Under the pieces are notes generated by a model that saw only the letters and a program-made list of their open reading frames with translations, did no database searches and had not been told where the DNA came from. Position numbers and translations under genes: made by a program. A stretch of DNA of 43,032 nt from Neophaeotheca triangularis. Its lineage: Eukaryota. The stretch covers positions 1 to 43,032 of the forward strand of contig BAAIJX010000100.1 of NCBI GenBank assembly GCA_054600435.1, read 5' to 3'. Below, piece after piece: positions 1 to 13,009 of this stretch; the first letter of the stretch is position 1; every line of letters starts with the position of its first letter.

Positions 1-95
1 TAATTTTTCCAGTGGTTGTTTCCCTTCCCAGGCTGCTCCAGCTACAGCTCCCTCCTGTGGCCTTTTTTCCGAATGTGTTTTTGCCCGCCCTCCTT

Positions 96-141
96 CCCCC
101 CCCCCCCCCCCCCCCCCTCTCTCTCTCTCTCTCTCTTTCTC
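96..141. repeat. Poly-C run followed by (CT)n microsatellite
   Basis: Directly visible; it generates the spurious poly-Pro/SL ORF 12..452. Confidence 0.9.
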
Positions 142-480
142 AATGCTGCCCCGAAGACAGCGGGCGCTTGTCTTGTGTGTCTTGCTTCTACCTAACTAGT
201 CATGGTCGTTGTCATTGTACCGCTTATTGTCTCTCGTTCATATTCCATGTACATTATTCCTTTGATCTAACATATTCCTCCCACCCCCCAGACGATTGCG
301 GCAATCGCAACATCGACATACCCACCCCATTCTCATCCACAGCCCGCGAACACTCCACATATTCAACATTAATAACAGCCTCAATCGCTCATTGCGCCCA
401 GGAGGGCCTCGACCGGCTCTGTCACATGCGCAGGAGCTTTGACAGTGGCTAGCTGCTGTAGCCTGTGGGTGGAATAGTCT

Positions 481-2349
481 ATGGCGGCAACAATGAACGG
501 GCAGTGGGGTTATGCCGTGCCCGTGGACGGTGGCATGGATGGCAGCAGCGACGACATGGCGACAAGGCCAATACAGCGTCCAAACGCCGAGCGCTACGGC
601 TCACAAGAGTCGATTACAGCCAGCCTGAGGGAGAGGAGAGCAAACATGAGCAAAAGCCCGAGCAACAACGATCTACACGGGGACGCTGAGTACAACCGCT
701 CACGCCAACCTTCAGCGCAGAGTGGACATGGAAGCTTGGCTGGGAAGAAGAGAAGCTACAATGCTCTGAGAAGCATCAAGTCTCAAGACGAATCGCCTAC
801 GAAAGACGACGGCTCGGCTTGGATTCACAGGGACAAGCTTGCGCAGATCGAGAGTAGAGAGTTGGAGGAAGCGGGCTACATGCCTCGACAGCCGCGTAGA
901 TCTGGTAGTGCTGGACCGGGTGCGAGCGGGAGAGCAAGCAGATCGGAAAGCAGGTCTGGCAAGCGCAGTCGAGCTGCCAGTAGGGAGAGGACCAGCTTGA
1001 CGAATGAAGAGGATGGTGGCTATGGCGCAGCAATAGCAGACTATGGAACAAGCAGGAAACGAGTCTCAACCATCCCGGCAGCGGACGAGGAGGAGCAGGA
1101 ACAGGAGCGACCCTACGATCACGCTGCCAATCGTGAGTTCCGCATGCCCGAAGAGGTCGCTGCGGACCATCTACAGCAACAGCGGAGGCACCAGCCACCA
1201 CAACAAACTATCCGACCCAGCACGTCACGTCTACCAATCTCCAGAAATAGTCCTGCGCCAATCTCACAAGCCGTCGTAGAGCGCGATTCACCTGTTCCAC
1301 GCAGCAGACATGGCAGCGGTGCAATCAGCGCGAATTGGGCAGAGTTAGCTAACAAACGCCGATCACGCAGTCAAAGCATAAACAGCGCAGTAATAGTGGA
1401 TGACGAAAACCAGACCCAGACTCCTTCCCGCTCGCGGCCCTCTAGCAGCTACCAGACCCAAAATGCTACATTTAAATACAGCAACGCCGAAAATTCCTCG
1501 CCCCAGACCAGCTCGCCTCAAAGAGCCCGTCTCCCGTCCAAAGCCACCCCTGTATCTGGTGCTCGCAAAGCTCCAGGCGTGAATGGCAGCCTCCGTTCTC
1601 CTTCGTCTGCTGGCAACCACAGTGGCCACAAACCCCGCGCCCGCAGCGGCACGCACACTAAACCACGTCCTTCTAGTAGCCACAATCCAGGACGTCCCAG
1701 CACCAGCAGTCTCAACCGTCCCGAAGGGGACGCCCCCTGGATCGCCACAATGTACAAACCCGACCCACGTCTGCCGCCCGACCAACAAATGCTGCCCACC
1801 CATGCCAAACGTCTCGCCGCTCAAGAAAGAGGGGAAGAATACGACTCCTCCGGCTTTCTAGAAATCGAAGACAGTGCCCTCGACGACAGCACCCTCGACG
1901 CCGGCCGCCCAAGCCATGGCAGCGCCAGCCCCCTTCCCAGCCCAACTCCAAGCGCAAGACTAGCGCCGACCAGCCTCGCCGTGAATGGCACCGGGATACA
2001 ACGATCCCATTCTCGCCTTTCACAAGCTTCTCAAGACCCTCCCAAGCCCTCCGCTGAATGGCCCCTCTCCACCCCTTATCACGGCGACGGCGAGAAACCC
2101 GACAACCACGCCCCTTCCATTAAATCAACCCGTTCGGCTACGAGGCAAGACGGCGGCTATAGGATCACGCCAGCAGTGCCGCAGACGGCGCCGGGGCAGG
2201 GCAAGACCATGGGCGTTCCGCAGTTGGATCGGGAGAAGGCGGATGAAGCGCAGAGTGGTGGGGCAAATAGGGTGCAGGATTTGGAGAACGGTAGGGAGGA
2301 GGCGGGAGGTAAGAAGAAGAAGAAGTTTGGGTGTTGTGTTGTTATGTGA
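481..2349 (+). CDS. teaR: TeaR/Mod5-like prenylated cell-end marker receptor (622 aa, intronless)
   Basis: Long S/R/P-rich ORF with conserved-looking blocks WIHRDKLAQIESRELEEAG and PWIATMYKPDPRLPPDQQMLPTHAKRL; ends in polybasic KKKKK plus CCVVM CaaX box. Family recalled from memory. Confidence 0.7.
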   Translation: MAATMNGQWGYAVPVDGGMDGSSDDMATRPIQRPNAERYGSQESITASLRERRANMSKSPSNNDLHGDAEYNRSRQPSAQSGHGSLAGKKRSYNALRSIKSQDESPTKDDGSAWIHRDKLAQIESRELEEAGYMPRQPRRSGSAGPGASGRASRSESRSGKRSRAASRERTSLTNEEDGGYGAAIADYGTSRKRVSTIPAADEEEQEQERPYDHAANREFRMPEEVAADHLQQQRRHQPPQQTIRPSTSRLPISRNSPAPISQAVVERDSPVPRSRHGSGAISANWAELANKRRSRSQSINSAVIVDDENQTQTPSRSRPSSSYQTQNATFKYSNAENSSPQTSSPQRARLPSKATPVSGARKAPGVNGSLRSPSSAGNHSGHKPRARSGTHTKPRPSSSHNPGRPSTSSLNRPEGDAPWIATMYKPDPRLPPDQQMLPTHAKRLAAQERGEEYDSSGFLEIEDSALDDSTLDAGRPSHGSASPLPSPTPSARLAPTSLAVNGTGIQRSHSRLSQASQDPPKPSAEWPLSTPYHGDGEKPDNHAPSIKSTRSATRQDGGYRITPAVPQTAPGQGKTMGVPQLDREKADEAQSGGANRVQDLENGREEAGGKKKKKFGCCVVM

Positions 2350-3251
2350 ATTGGGCGCTGGGCATATACCCCGATGAAAGGTCGGTGCCTTTTCTTTTGC
2401 GTCGGAGTTGGGTCTTTTACGTCTCATTCTGCGCCGGGCTGCAACGAGTCCTGGTCGTCGACACTTTCCCGGACTTTGCCGGGAGCAAGTGCCATGGCAT
2501 GGCAGCTGGAATCGCTGATACTGCACAGTCCTCCACAAGCATAGCGGGCTCACCTTCTAATGCGCTGCGCTTTGTCTTTTCCTCGTTAATTACGTTTTGG
2601 CGATCCTTTGTTTAAGGTCATTTCCTTTGCTATCTTAGAGCGAGCGCAGGCGTCGGCTGTACGTTTTTGTTCTGGCGATACCACTTCCTGCATTTCTCTT
2701 TGTGGGGCTTTCATACTTTTGAGGGTAGGGTTTCGGTCACCTGAGAGGTATGGGACGAGGAAGTTGGGGGTTCTTAGGGGATGGACATGGGGAAGTACAC
2801 CTCCTAAATACCTGGTGGAAAGTGAGTCTTGTTGATTTGACACTTGCTGTTGTTCCTTGAATGCATAGGTAAATGAAGGCTGTCACTGGTAATGTTGAGG
2901 TTCAATCGGCGAGCTGAAGGGATGGTTACCAGGTGGCTCACGATGTGTTGTCGCGCGGTTGAACGTCTTAAAATGTCGCATCGTTCAATATACCCGTGGA
3001 CAATAATCGCTAAGGTCCGCATTCTCCTAAGTAAGCGCGCGCGCGCAGGCTTACTCCAACCCTTACCCTAGTGCAACCGGGTAATCCTCGGCAGGGCACA
3101 GACCCAAACTACTGCGCTAGTGGGCACTTTCCGAAAGCTGGGTGTCCGCCGCCGTTCTCGACCTCGAACCTCACTAGGAGTACGAATACTCCCCGTCGAG
3201 TATCCCTTCATTCGCGCCGACCACAATACCTCCACCGCCATCACAACTACC

Positions 3252-5257
3252 ATGTCGTGGCGTAACAATGCGAGCCGTACGGGCGCCAACGACATGCCGC
3301 TAGGCAACCGCCGCCGCTTCGGCGCCGACGACGCCGGTCCACCACCTCCGCCGATGCAGAGCAGCAACAGCTTCGACACGCAGAAGCGCGGGCGCAGTCC
3401 CGAGCGCAAGGTGCCGCAGTTCAATCCCGATGGCACCAAAAAGCGTCGCAAAGGTAACCGCTGGGGCGACGCGTCGGACAACCAGGCGGCTGGCCTCATG
3501 AACTTGCCCACCACAATTACTGGCTCCATGACGGCTGAGCAGCAGGATGCTTATGTCGTTCACCTTCGCATTGAGGAAATTACGCAGAAGATCAGGATTG
3601 GGGATGTCGTGCCAAAGGATGGAGACAGGTATGGCTGCAGAAGTGAAATATTGGAGTAGAGAGGTGCATGGTTACTAACTGCGGTTGATAGATCTCCCTC
3701 GCCTGCACCGCAGTACGACAACTCTGGTCGCCGTACCAACACGGCCCCCATTCGCTACAAGAAGAAGCTCGAAGCCGAACGCCACGAGCTGGTCGAGCAA
3801 GCCATGAAGACAATCCCCAACTACCACCCTCCTCCGGACTACCGTCGCCCTACCAAAACCCAAGAGAAGGTCTACGTACCCGTCAAGGACTACCCGGAGA
3901 TCAATTTCAGTAAGAACCCTAACTTCTCCCTTGCTTTTCTCCGCGCGCGCTTCGTGATGCTTTCGCTCATGTATCTGCGGCCATGTGCCGTGCTAACCCA
4001 GCACTAACCATACATTATACTAACAATTAGCTATCAAGTTGGTCTACTAATCGGCCCTCGCGGCAACACACTCAAGACAATGGAGAAGAGATCCGAAGCC
4101 AAGATCGCCATACGTGGAAAGGGTTCTGTCAAGGAAGGCAAGGGCAAGTCAGATGCCGCTCACGCCAGCAACCAGGAGGAGGATCTCCACTGTCTCATCA
4201 TGGCAGACACCGAGGAGAAGATCAACAGGGCCAAGGCTGAGATTCACAATGTCATTGAGACGGTACGTCGCATTCATCAACTCATTTTCAAGTTTCTTAC
4301 TGATACTGTTCCCAGGCCGCCTCCATTCCCGAAGGTCAAAACGATCTCAAGCGTGGTCAGCTCCGTGAGCTTGCTGCACTCAACGGTACTCTCCGTGACG
4401 ATGAGAACCAAGCTTGCCAGAACTGCGGCGAGATTGGCCATCGCAAGTGGGACTGCCCCAACGCCAAGAACTTCACCGCCAACATCATCTGTCGTGCTTG
4501 TGGCAATGCTGGTCACTTGGCTCGCGACTGTCCAGGGCGTGCGCGCGGCTCCGACTGGCGTAACCTTCCGGCTCGTCGCCCCCAACAGGATGCTCTCGAG
4601 GATGCTTACAACGAGCTCTTGGGTGATGGCCCTGCCGGTCCTCGCCAGGCCATCGAGTACAACAGTGGCGGCGGCTATGGTCAAGCTCCTGCCGAAGCCC
4701 CGTCTGGTCCAAGTGGTGGCCGTGGCGCCGCACCTCCATGGGCGAACCGCGATCCTGCCCCACGTCAGCCTTCGAGCGATCTTCCTCCGTGGATGCGCAA
4801 CCAAACCCAATCTCAAGAACAAGGTCAAGGTGGGTACGGAGGCGGCGGCTACGGCGGCTACGGAGGTGGCGGCCACGGCAATGGGTACGGTGGTGCTCCG
4901 CAATCCTCCTCCGGCGACCAACAACAAGCGCCACCATGGGCTCGCTCCGGATCTGCCGGCGGCTACGGTGGAGGTGGTGCTGCTGCTCCAAGCTCGGGCT
5001 ACGCTCCGCCATACGCCCAACCACAGCAACAGACGTATGGTCAGCAAGGTTATGGCGGCTACGGAGGCGGCTACGGAGGTTACGGTGGGTATGGTGCTCA
5101 GCAGGGCGGCTACGACAACAGCGCCCCGCCACCTCCTCCACCGGCCAACGGCTACGGCAACGGCTACGGCAACGATGCTTACGAAGCTCCTCCCCCGCCA
5201 CCCCCACCCGGCGGCGACGAGGTTCCTCCTCCCCCTCCCCCGCCTCCGGGCGCTTAG
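3252..5257 (+). CDS. MSL5: Branchpoint-bridging protein (BBP/SF1), 4 exons; introns 3629-3691, 3910-4038, 4263-4315
   Basis: [18 protein letters not shown] motif, KH domain ([16 protein letters not shown] after splicing), QUA2 ([13 protein letters not shown]), two CCHC knuckles, Gly/Pro-rich tail; GT..AG introns restore the frame. Confidence 0.95.
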
Positions 5258-6453
5258 ATGGTTGTTGGCGTGTCATCGGCGGGTGACCGATTCAAAAGGT
5301 CGCTTGCACGCTTCGACATCCTCCAATCGGCACGACATTCGACTACTTCGACAACATCTGGAAATATAGGTGAGAGACATCAGCGGCTGGCTAGCTAGAA
5401 GGGTGACGAGCAATCGGGATCCAACATGCTAAAGGCTGCTAGTGTTACTCATCTTGACCATCCTAGCTTACGGGGAGGCAAGAATACCCGGCTGCTTGCT
5501 GAAGAGACAAGCAAGCAGCGAGACTTGAACTCCGAGGACTGCGTTCAGCCTTCACCGCTAGTCTTGCTGGCTGACTGCCTCTCCGGCTTGCTGACTGGCT
5601 TGCTTGCTTGCTTGTGTTACTTACCTTACTTACCTTACCGTGCGGTGCTGTACATTACGGTGCAGCCAGTATTCAAAAATTGTGCTTTCGTGTCTCTTAA
5701 CTCGCAGGTCTTCTAACCTGCAGTGCGTTCCGTCGGAGAGCCTCAACCTTGGTCCTGCTCCCAAGCTTGTTACCGACAGCCTGCTCCACCCTGTGTATGT
5801 CTGATTAGGTGAGTGAGTGACGGAGGCTTGCTTTGCAGACTCGAATGCGAGAGTGGTCTGCAGTGCTGACTGCATCCTACCAAAATCAAACATGTTGCGG
5901 AATCTTCACACGCTCGCGCCCTAGAGTCCCGCAAGCCGCCAAAGCTTCACTATAGCTTGCAAGCCTAGCCTATGGGCGTGGACATGAACCGTTGCTTACC
6001 GCAGTCGAATAGGTAGACTCCCGTCACGTCACTACATTGTGGTACTGAAGTCCACCCGGAACTGCCCCAGGACTGGGAATGATCGTACACCACTACTGCA
6101 TTACCCACAAAACGCTCACTGCGTCGGCTGGAATATTGATTGCCGGTATTTGCAAAAGGTCTGGAGACGTTTCATGTCAAGTCGAGGTCGTTTGGTTCGT
6201 AACTCGTTTCTTTCGTACATATATGAGTTCTGGCTTGGGATCTCGTGGACATGAGGTAGGACACGATAGCGCAGGACGTGGCGAGACAAGGCGATGGAAG
6301 CGGTGAAAATCAGCCACGGGGAACGACGAAACCACCCTGCCTCCCCCATCTAGACGTTGGTTAGGGCTCCCGCGGCCGGCACTCCCTCCCACCCATCCTC
6401 GAAAAGCGAAATTGCGCAGCATCCCACCAATCGCTCCACACCCCCCCAAAATA

Positions 6454-9004
6454 TCACTCTCCATCTCCACCACTCACCCCCTCCAGCGCCAAAAAAGCAA
6501 AAACACTACCAACAACCGGACGACAAAAAAACCTCGGCCCGCCTCTTGGCCACCCGCCATCATCCTCCGTAAAGTACAGATCCGTCAAGGGCCTGTCTAC
6601 GATACTACTCTCGTTAACCCACATGGCGACGCTGTCGAGGATGCTCTTGCGGGTTGATGGGGAGGCTACGGCCGCGGCTTGGAACGCCCAGTCCAGTTTG
6701 CTGTATAAATGGCGTGAGTCGAGGGGGAGGCCGTAGTGTTGGAGGGCGTCGTGGTACCAGGCTGATTGGGTTTGGTAGATGATGTTGGGGATGAAGTCGC
6801 GGACTTTAGTCCGCGGGGCCGAGGAAGCGTGGAGAGGGAATTGAGCGTTGTCGGGGACGAAGGTGTCATCGTCGCTGTCGTTGTTGTTGGTACTGCTGCT
6901 GTTGGACGTCAAGGTCGGATGGAACCCCAGCACCCCGTCCGCGAACAGTGAATACAGCGTCGTCCAGCTGCCGTACCAATCGTACGCCAACTTGGCCCGT
7001 CCGCCGTCGCGCGACATTCCGTATTCCTGCCATTTCTCCACGTAGACTTGGCTGATGTTGCGGTAGTACTTGACGTCGTCTTGGAGGTTCAGGACTGCGG
7101 CGAGCTCGCTCATGGCTTTGATGCCTACGATACCTTTGAGTGCGAGGTTGGTGTGTAAGCGTAGGGGCCCCGCGAAGTCGTCGGTGCTGAGTTGATTTGC
7201 TGGGTATAGACTGTAGTCGACTAGGTAGGAGGTCCACTGCGTCCAGAGAGGGTAGGTTTTTGTTAGCCAGATGCGGACGCCTTTGGAGGCGTTGAATAGG
7301 GAACCACGCCAGGGGTTATCGAGGTGGGTGACGCTGCTTTCATCTGAGGAGGGTGTGGTTAAGGCGAAGGGAGAGGCGACAGAGGGGTCTGAGAGGTCAG
7401 GCAGGGCAGTCGGAAGGTTCGAAAGCGCTTGAGCACGGTCAGACGGGGAGGAAAAGAGCGAGTTTACGAGCGAAAGACCCATGATCAGCATATCGCCGCA
7501 TTCTTCCACTGGCATGTACTCGTCGTGACCCGCCGGGTGGCCAGTCAGATTGGGGAAGTGGGCGCCTAGGTCGTGCATCGTGTATCTGTGTCTCGTCAGC
7601 AACTCTACCCATCATGTCATACCACAGCTGCAGCCGAGGACAAGGTGACTCACTTGTTAGGATACTGCCCACTCCCCATATGCTCCAACAAGGGCTCGAG
7701 CAGATATGCCAACCACCGGGGCTGCGTGTACAAGAAGAACGGCCACGCGGGGAAAATGACATCGACAGTCTGGCTATTACCATTGCTACTAATCTCTTTC
7801 AAGAAGAGGATCGGGTTTTCCGGTGTTCCCGAGAAAGTCGTCCCTCCCATCACCTGTCGCGCCGCCAAAGCCACAATGTCAACGTAACTGTCGCTCCCAC
7901 TCTCGTAAGCGTCGACGGCGAGCTGGGAGCTGTAGTTTGCCGCTAGTGAGGAAGCGGAGGCGTAGTCGGCGTAATGCCAGGCCAGGAGCGCGGCGTCGGT
8001 GTGCAAGTAGGACTTCCACAGCGGTCGCATATATGTCAGGCCTCGGGCGGAAGCGAACTGCGTGACGGGATCTTGGAGGTGGTTGAGCGTGAAGAGCGCG
8101 GTTGCGGTCTTTTTGCTGCTGGAAGAGAGGCTAAGTGTCTTGCTGAAAGCAAAGACTGGCTCTTCGTCCATGATGTCGCGGTAGTGGTCGTCGACCGCGT
8201 TGCGCAACTGCCCGGTCTTCGCAAAGTGCTGGCGCAGTACGCCCGATGTGCCGCACTCGTGTTTTACATCGGATGATGCGCTCAAATGCATTGTGCCCCA
8301 TTCTGCTTGGTCGCCGTTCTCCGTGAACAGCAGCTCGGTGTCGCGTTTTACTTGCCAGGTCTTCAACTTCCCCTTGTCTTCCAGCTCCGTCTCTTCGAAT
8401 TTCCATCTGATCTTGCTACCTCTGTCCCCGCTCACCCACTGGCCATTGGCGTCGAGGTAAATGTTCACATCGAAGTCACCCTCGGCATAGACTGCGATAT
8501 AAGCCCCTGGGATCGATTGGCGCAGCGTCGAAGTGGGTGTGATGGGGGAGAGGAAGGAGATGGTCAGCTCGACGGGATCGTGATCGAGGCCTTTAGGCGA
8601 AGGGACCGAGTAGGTGAGGTTTGTTGTCGAGGCATCGTAGTTGGCTCCGTTGTAGGTTGGGAAGCGGATGTCGTAGTGGCTGCTCTCTTCGTCTAGAGAG
8701 TCTTGGGCACGCCCCAGAAGAGGGTAGACGGTTGAGGACTCGTTGACGGAGGCGAGGATTGAGAGGCCGACCTAGCGATGATTTAGCGGTGAAGTTCCCG
8801 CCTTGGCTTATTGGGATATGCTACCGTTTTGCCCGTGTAGAAGATGGGCCATTTGGTCCAGGGCTCCTCTCGCGCATGTTGCAGCCAGGTGGAGAGGTAG
8901 GGGTTGCGGACGATGAGTGGGAGGACTCCAGGCGTGAGAGTGGCTGCACTGGCGACGTTGGACAGACTGGCTGCCGTCGCCGCGAGGATGCTCGAGATAC
9001 GCAT
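6454..9004 (-). CDS. gtaA: Secreted glutaminase A (GtaA; DUF1793/DUF4965 type); introns 8772-8824 and 7586-7653
   Basis: Signal peptide MRISSILAA..., motifs PLIVRNPYLSTW, FLKEISSNGNSQTVDVIFP, MPVEECGDML, QLSTDDFAG, GLPLDSRH, RPVVG. Confidence 0.88.
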
Positions 9005-9634
9005 GGTAACCGACTTGTGTTCAAGGCGTGGTATTCAACGACTTTGAATCTCTCCTCTGCATTCGACTCCACGGCAAGCTCGTCTGGTCTGCTGTCTATC
9101 GCGATGAAGGCTGACTGCCAACTTACGTCTGTCGCTAACCGCGCTTGCTGCAAATTGATTAGTCAACCATTAATCCCTCGTCCGAGACGTCAGTTAAAGC
9201 TTGAGCTCTAGCTGTGTATCTAAACCGTAATCATCTTACCTTGCCTAGGTACCCGCGACCTCACGTCCATATCCATCCATGCATGTCAGACGCAACCTTG
9301 TTACGCAAGACTGCGGGGAAGGAGGTGAAGCTAAGAGCACGACATCTGGGGTTGTGTGGGGTTAGCTCTGACGAACCATGTGATTGTGGGAGCCTGAGGT
9401 TGAGTACCCTTGGTATCTATCTTAGTAACAAGATATCTATATTGGATGCCTCCTTTTCCTCAGTGGCATTGGAAGAAAGTGAGTATATGCACTCGTATCA
9501 GCGTAGACTCATATATATAAATTGAAGATATGGATAGTTGCCACTCATATCTTGCATCTCTCAGCCTCTTTTCGTCCTCCAGTCCCCTACCACGCCGCAC
9601 AACTTATGGCTGTTCCTACAGCCCCACCACATTC

Positions 9635-12087
9635 CTACTTCTTCCCACTCATCTCAGTAGTAGGACTCACGACCTCCGCCTCTTTTGCCGCCCCCTCACC
9701 CCAACTCCCACTAAAATCGGGCAAATCAAAAGTCGGCGCAGCCTTGACAGCATTCCTCTCTCTAGCCGCCGGCAAGACCTCACCAGCACTAGTCCCAGCC
9801 TTCTTCTCCACACTTACCACCCCTACCGAAGACCCAGGCACCTCCCTATGGCTAACCTGCTCCCGATCTCCAATAACCCTTGCCTCTCCACCGCTGCCTC
9901 GCCCTTTCTCCTTCTCCGGCATTCTCAACTCCATCAAGCTCCCCCGTCTCAGCTCTTCCAATTTCTGCACAGGGTCCCAGTCCGCCTGATCCGGCACACC
10001 CTCAGCCGGAGGCAAGTCGAGCGCGCCTTCACCTACACTTCCGCTACCCCCCTCACCGCCCCAGAAAGTGCCTCTCCTGACAGGAGCTGGCGTGACAGGG
10101 AGACTGGGCCTCTCGATAGCAGAAGGAAAATCTGTGAGAATCAGGCTCTCGCGGCGTTTACCGACTTCGCGTTCCAAGTCCGGGTCGCCGCCGATGGGGG
10201 AAATGACGTCTTTCTCGCCAGCCAGAGGGTTAGTTGACGCGGTTTGCGAACTCTGCCGTTCTTTCTCGAATTGCTGCAGACTTGGCAGCGGGACGCCCGA
10301 GTTCCTAGCTCGCAGCGCCCGCACGTACTGCTCGATTCCGGGCATAGCGTCCCAGGCATTGCGTGTTGTGGGGGTGTAGGCTTGCCAGGGCTCCGAGTCG
10401 TTGATCTGGATTGCAGGGGTTGTCGTGCCGGTGCCTGGTTTGACTGGCGACGCAGAGACACCGAGTTCATCTTCGTAGGATGCGGTTTGGGAGATTTGCG
10501 AAGGCTGTTGGGCTGGCTCATCCTCGGCAAAGGTACGGGTGGGTTTAGGAGCTGTGCGTTCTTCCCAGGGAAAGATTGGAGGAAGTTTATGGGCGGCTGG
10601 CTTGGGAGCAGGAGGGGGGATTGGATAATGCAGCGTGTTTGGTGGTTCGGGGTAGTTTTGTGGTGGTTTGAAGGGCGTCGGGTCAGCATTGAAGCCATAG
10701 ATCTGGGAAGGAAAGTTCGCGGCTTCAGGTTTGGAGGCCGAAGGAGGCGGTGCTCTGTGACCTTGTCAGCATGTCTCCGACATTTCGGACAAAGTAGTTG
10801 CTATCCGAGCCTGCCTACCTTGTGGCATCCCATTCCACTTGCGGTGCAGAGAACTTCCTCTGCTCAACTGTGGGGGTGGGCTCGATTAGCCCTTGCTCCA
10901 GCTGCTCCACTGGCTCGCTCAGATCAGTGAGAGGGGCCTCGGTAGTGTTCAAAGATGCTTCTGGAGTTAGAGATGAATGAGGGGATATGGAAGTGCCTGC
11001 GGCGGAGTAGGCGTTATCAGCGCTCTGCGACTCACCCTTGACCTCAGACTGCGCGAGTGTCGAGGAGGGTGTGTAAGCGCCTGATATGTAGTCGTTGACC
11101 TGTGGGACGTGTCAGTGCGAAGGCTTGCGCATCCGAGTACTTGTTTGTCCCTACCGATCCCATGAGATGGCGATCATACACCGCCCACCATCGCCCTATC
11201 AGCTCTTTATACGCCCCACTCGTGGAAGTGGACATGACTTCCCTCCCAATCTTCCACGGCTTGTGTTCTCCGATGAAGTGCACAACGCTGATCCCACTTT
11301 TGTAATACCTATAGGCCGGCTCGTACTGATAACTCCCGTTTGGTGTGGTGTTGTAAGTAAAGCTCAGTCTTTTCCACCCCTTGTGCTCATAAAACTGATT
11401 CAGCAGCCCCTGATCCGCCCCATCGAAGCTGTCACCAGCAGCAGCAAGTGTTCGAAGTGCATTGTAGTCGCCCATGGAGGGCGATATCACCATGACACCA
11501 GTATTGAAAGCGTCTGGCCAGCCGATATCTGGTGCTGCGGCGAAATTGTCGGGCAACGCGAAGAGCTCGTCGGGGGCCCGCAGACAAACTACATCGGAGT
11601 CGAGGTAGACGATCTTGCGGAACTGAGTGAGTCTCCAGAGGTGGATTTTGGTGAAGGCGTAGAGGAGATCGGGTCGGTTCATGAGGTAGAGGCTGGAGAT
11701 ATTGGGGGTGGCTATACGTTCGATTGGAAGGACATGGTCGAAGAGTTTCTAAACAAGAGCAATGAGCAAGAGTAGTTGGAAGAGCAGGTCGGCGCAGATG
11801 CTGAAGCGTACCCTCAGCTGCTGCAGTGTAGTTACCCGTAGGCTGTCCAACGTGATCAGGCATGCGAGCTTCTTAGTCGATCCAGCGTCTCGGAGAGAGT
11901 GAGAGAGTACTGCCGCGCCTGGGAAGGAGTCAGTTGGCTTCACGATGGTAGGGATTCCATGGGTCCAGTGTACCTGGCAAGTAGCTGTCGCTCATGACAA
12001 GCTATCAAGACCATGTCAGCGCTATCCCGGACCACCGTGGTACTGCCATTCACCAACCGTGCAATAAACATCTTCGAGAGCCGCCAT
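9635..12087 (-). CDS. Glycogenin (GT8 glycosyltransferase) with long low-complexity C-terminus, multi-exon
   Basis: Spliced N-terminus MAALEDVYCT/LVMSDSYLP/GAAVLSHSLRD; FTKIHLWRLTQFRKIVYLDSD, AAPDIGWPDAFNTG, SFDGADQGLLN, VVHFIG; C-terminal block WDPVQKLEELRR. Internal 3' exon boundaries not fully resolved. Confidence 0.88.
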
Positions 12088-12284
12088 GTTGTTTCAAGAG
12101 TCTTCAGACAGTGTTCCAGAGTTGTTTTTGACGTTGGCAAATGTGTTGCTCGGGCTTGTCCTGCTACCGCGACGCAACCATGTCTCCTCTCGCACCCAGG
12201 CAGTCAATTAGGTTGCAATTGATAACGACAGTCTCTCCTGTAGCAACAAAACAACACGTAACCTCGGAATCTAACGCTGGACGA

Positions 12285-12337
12285 GTGGTGGTGGTGGTGG
12301 TGGTGGTGGTATCTAGTGGTAGTAGTGGTGGTGGTGG
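12285..12337. repeat. (GGT)n trinucleotide microsatellite
   Basis: Directly visible; a short (GCTGGA)n run lies nearby at ~12427-12460. Confidence 0.85.
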
Positions 12338-13009
12338 AAAGTAAGGTACCTAAGGTAGGTAGTGGGAGGAAACAACATGACGAGCTCCACCAAGCTCGCT
12401 TGCCGCCGTCGTTGGAGAGCCCGAGAGCTGGAGCTGGAGCTGAAGCTGGAGCTGGAGCTGGCCGAGACCGAGACCTGTCCCCACCTGCACCTTCAGTAGG
12501 TAAGGTAGTAGTATAGGTAGACGACCCGAAGCCAATGCATGTTGGGCGGGCTTGGCACATTATATTATGTGAACATATGAACCCTGCATAAGTCTGTACT
12601 TCCTAATAAGGTACTCGTTTGTACCCCTCTCCAATCACCTCTTCTCCACCCCCTCTCCTACCCCTTCTCCTACACCCTCTCCACCCTCTCTTCCGCCCCT
12701 CTCCCACCACTTTTCGGCCAACACTTGTCTTGCATTGATCGACGCCGCCACCACCGCCACCGACGTCGTCGACGACCATAGTTTCAAGCAGCGCGGTCTT
12801 TTCTTCGTCAACACGAAAGTACATATCGACCTGGACACGTCTGCGAGATGCTGCATACATAAGAACTAGGACTAAGGGAGGGACCACAGTCTTCAGTCTC
12901 GAACAACTCGACTCGTCTCTACCTTGCTACCTAGGCGCTCGGGTACTCGCACTGCCTTTCTCTCAGCCAAGGCACTGGAAAGAAAGGGAAGAAATTCAAA
13001 AAAAGATTA

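Noticed and set aside
12..452. 146-aa ORF
   Set aside because: Non-ATG start; product of poly-C/(CT)n low-complexity sequence upstream of the TeaR-like gene
4080..5369. 429-aa ORF as a separate gene
   Set aside because: It is BBP exon 3 read through intron 4263-4315 into the wrong frame
10244..11775. Plus-strand ORFs of 228 and 226 aa and similar antisense ORFs in the gene-rich half
   Set aside because: Shadows of GC-rich coding sequence on the opposite strand, no independent motifs
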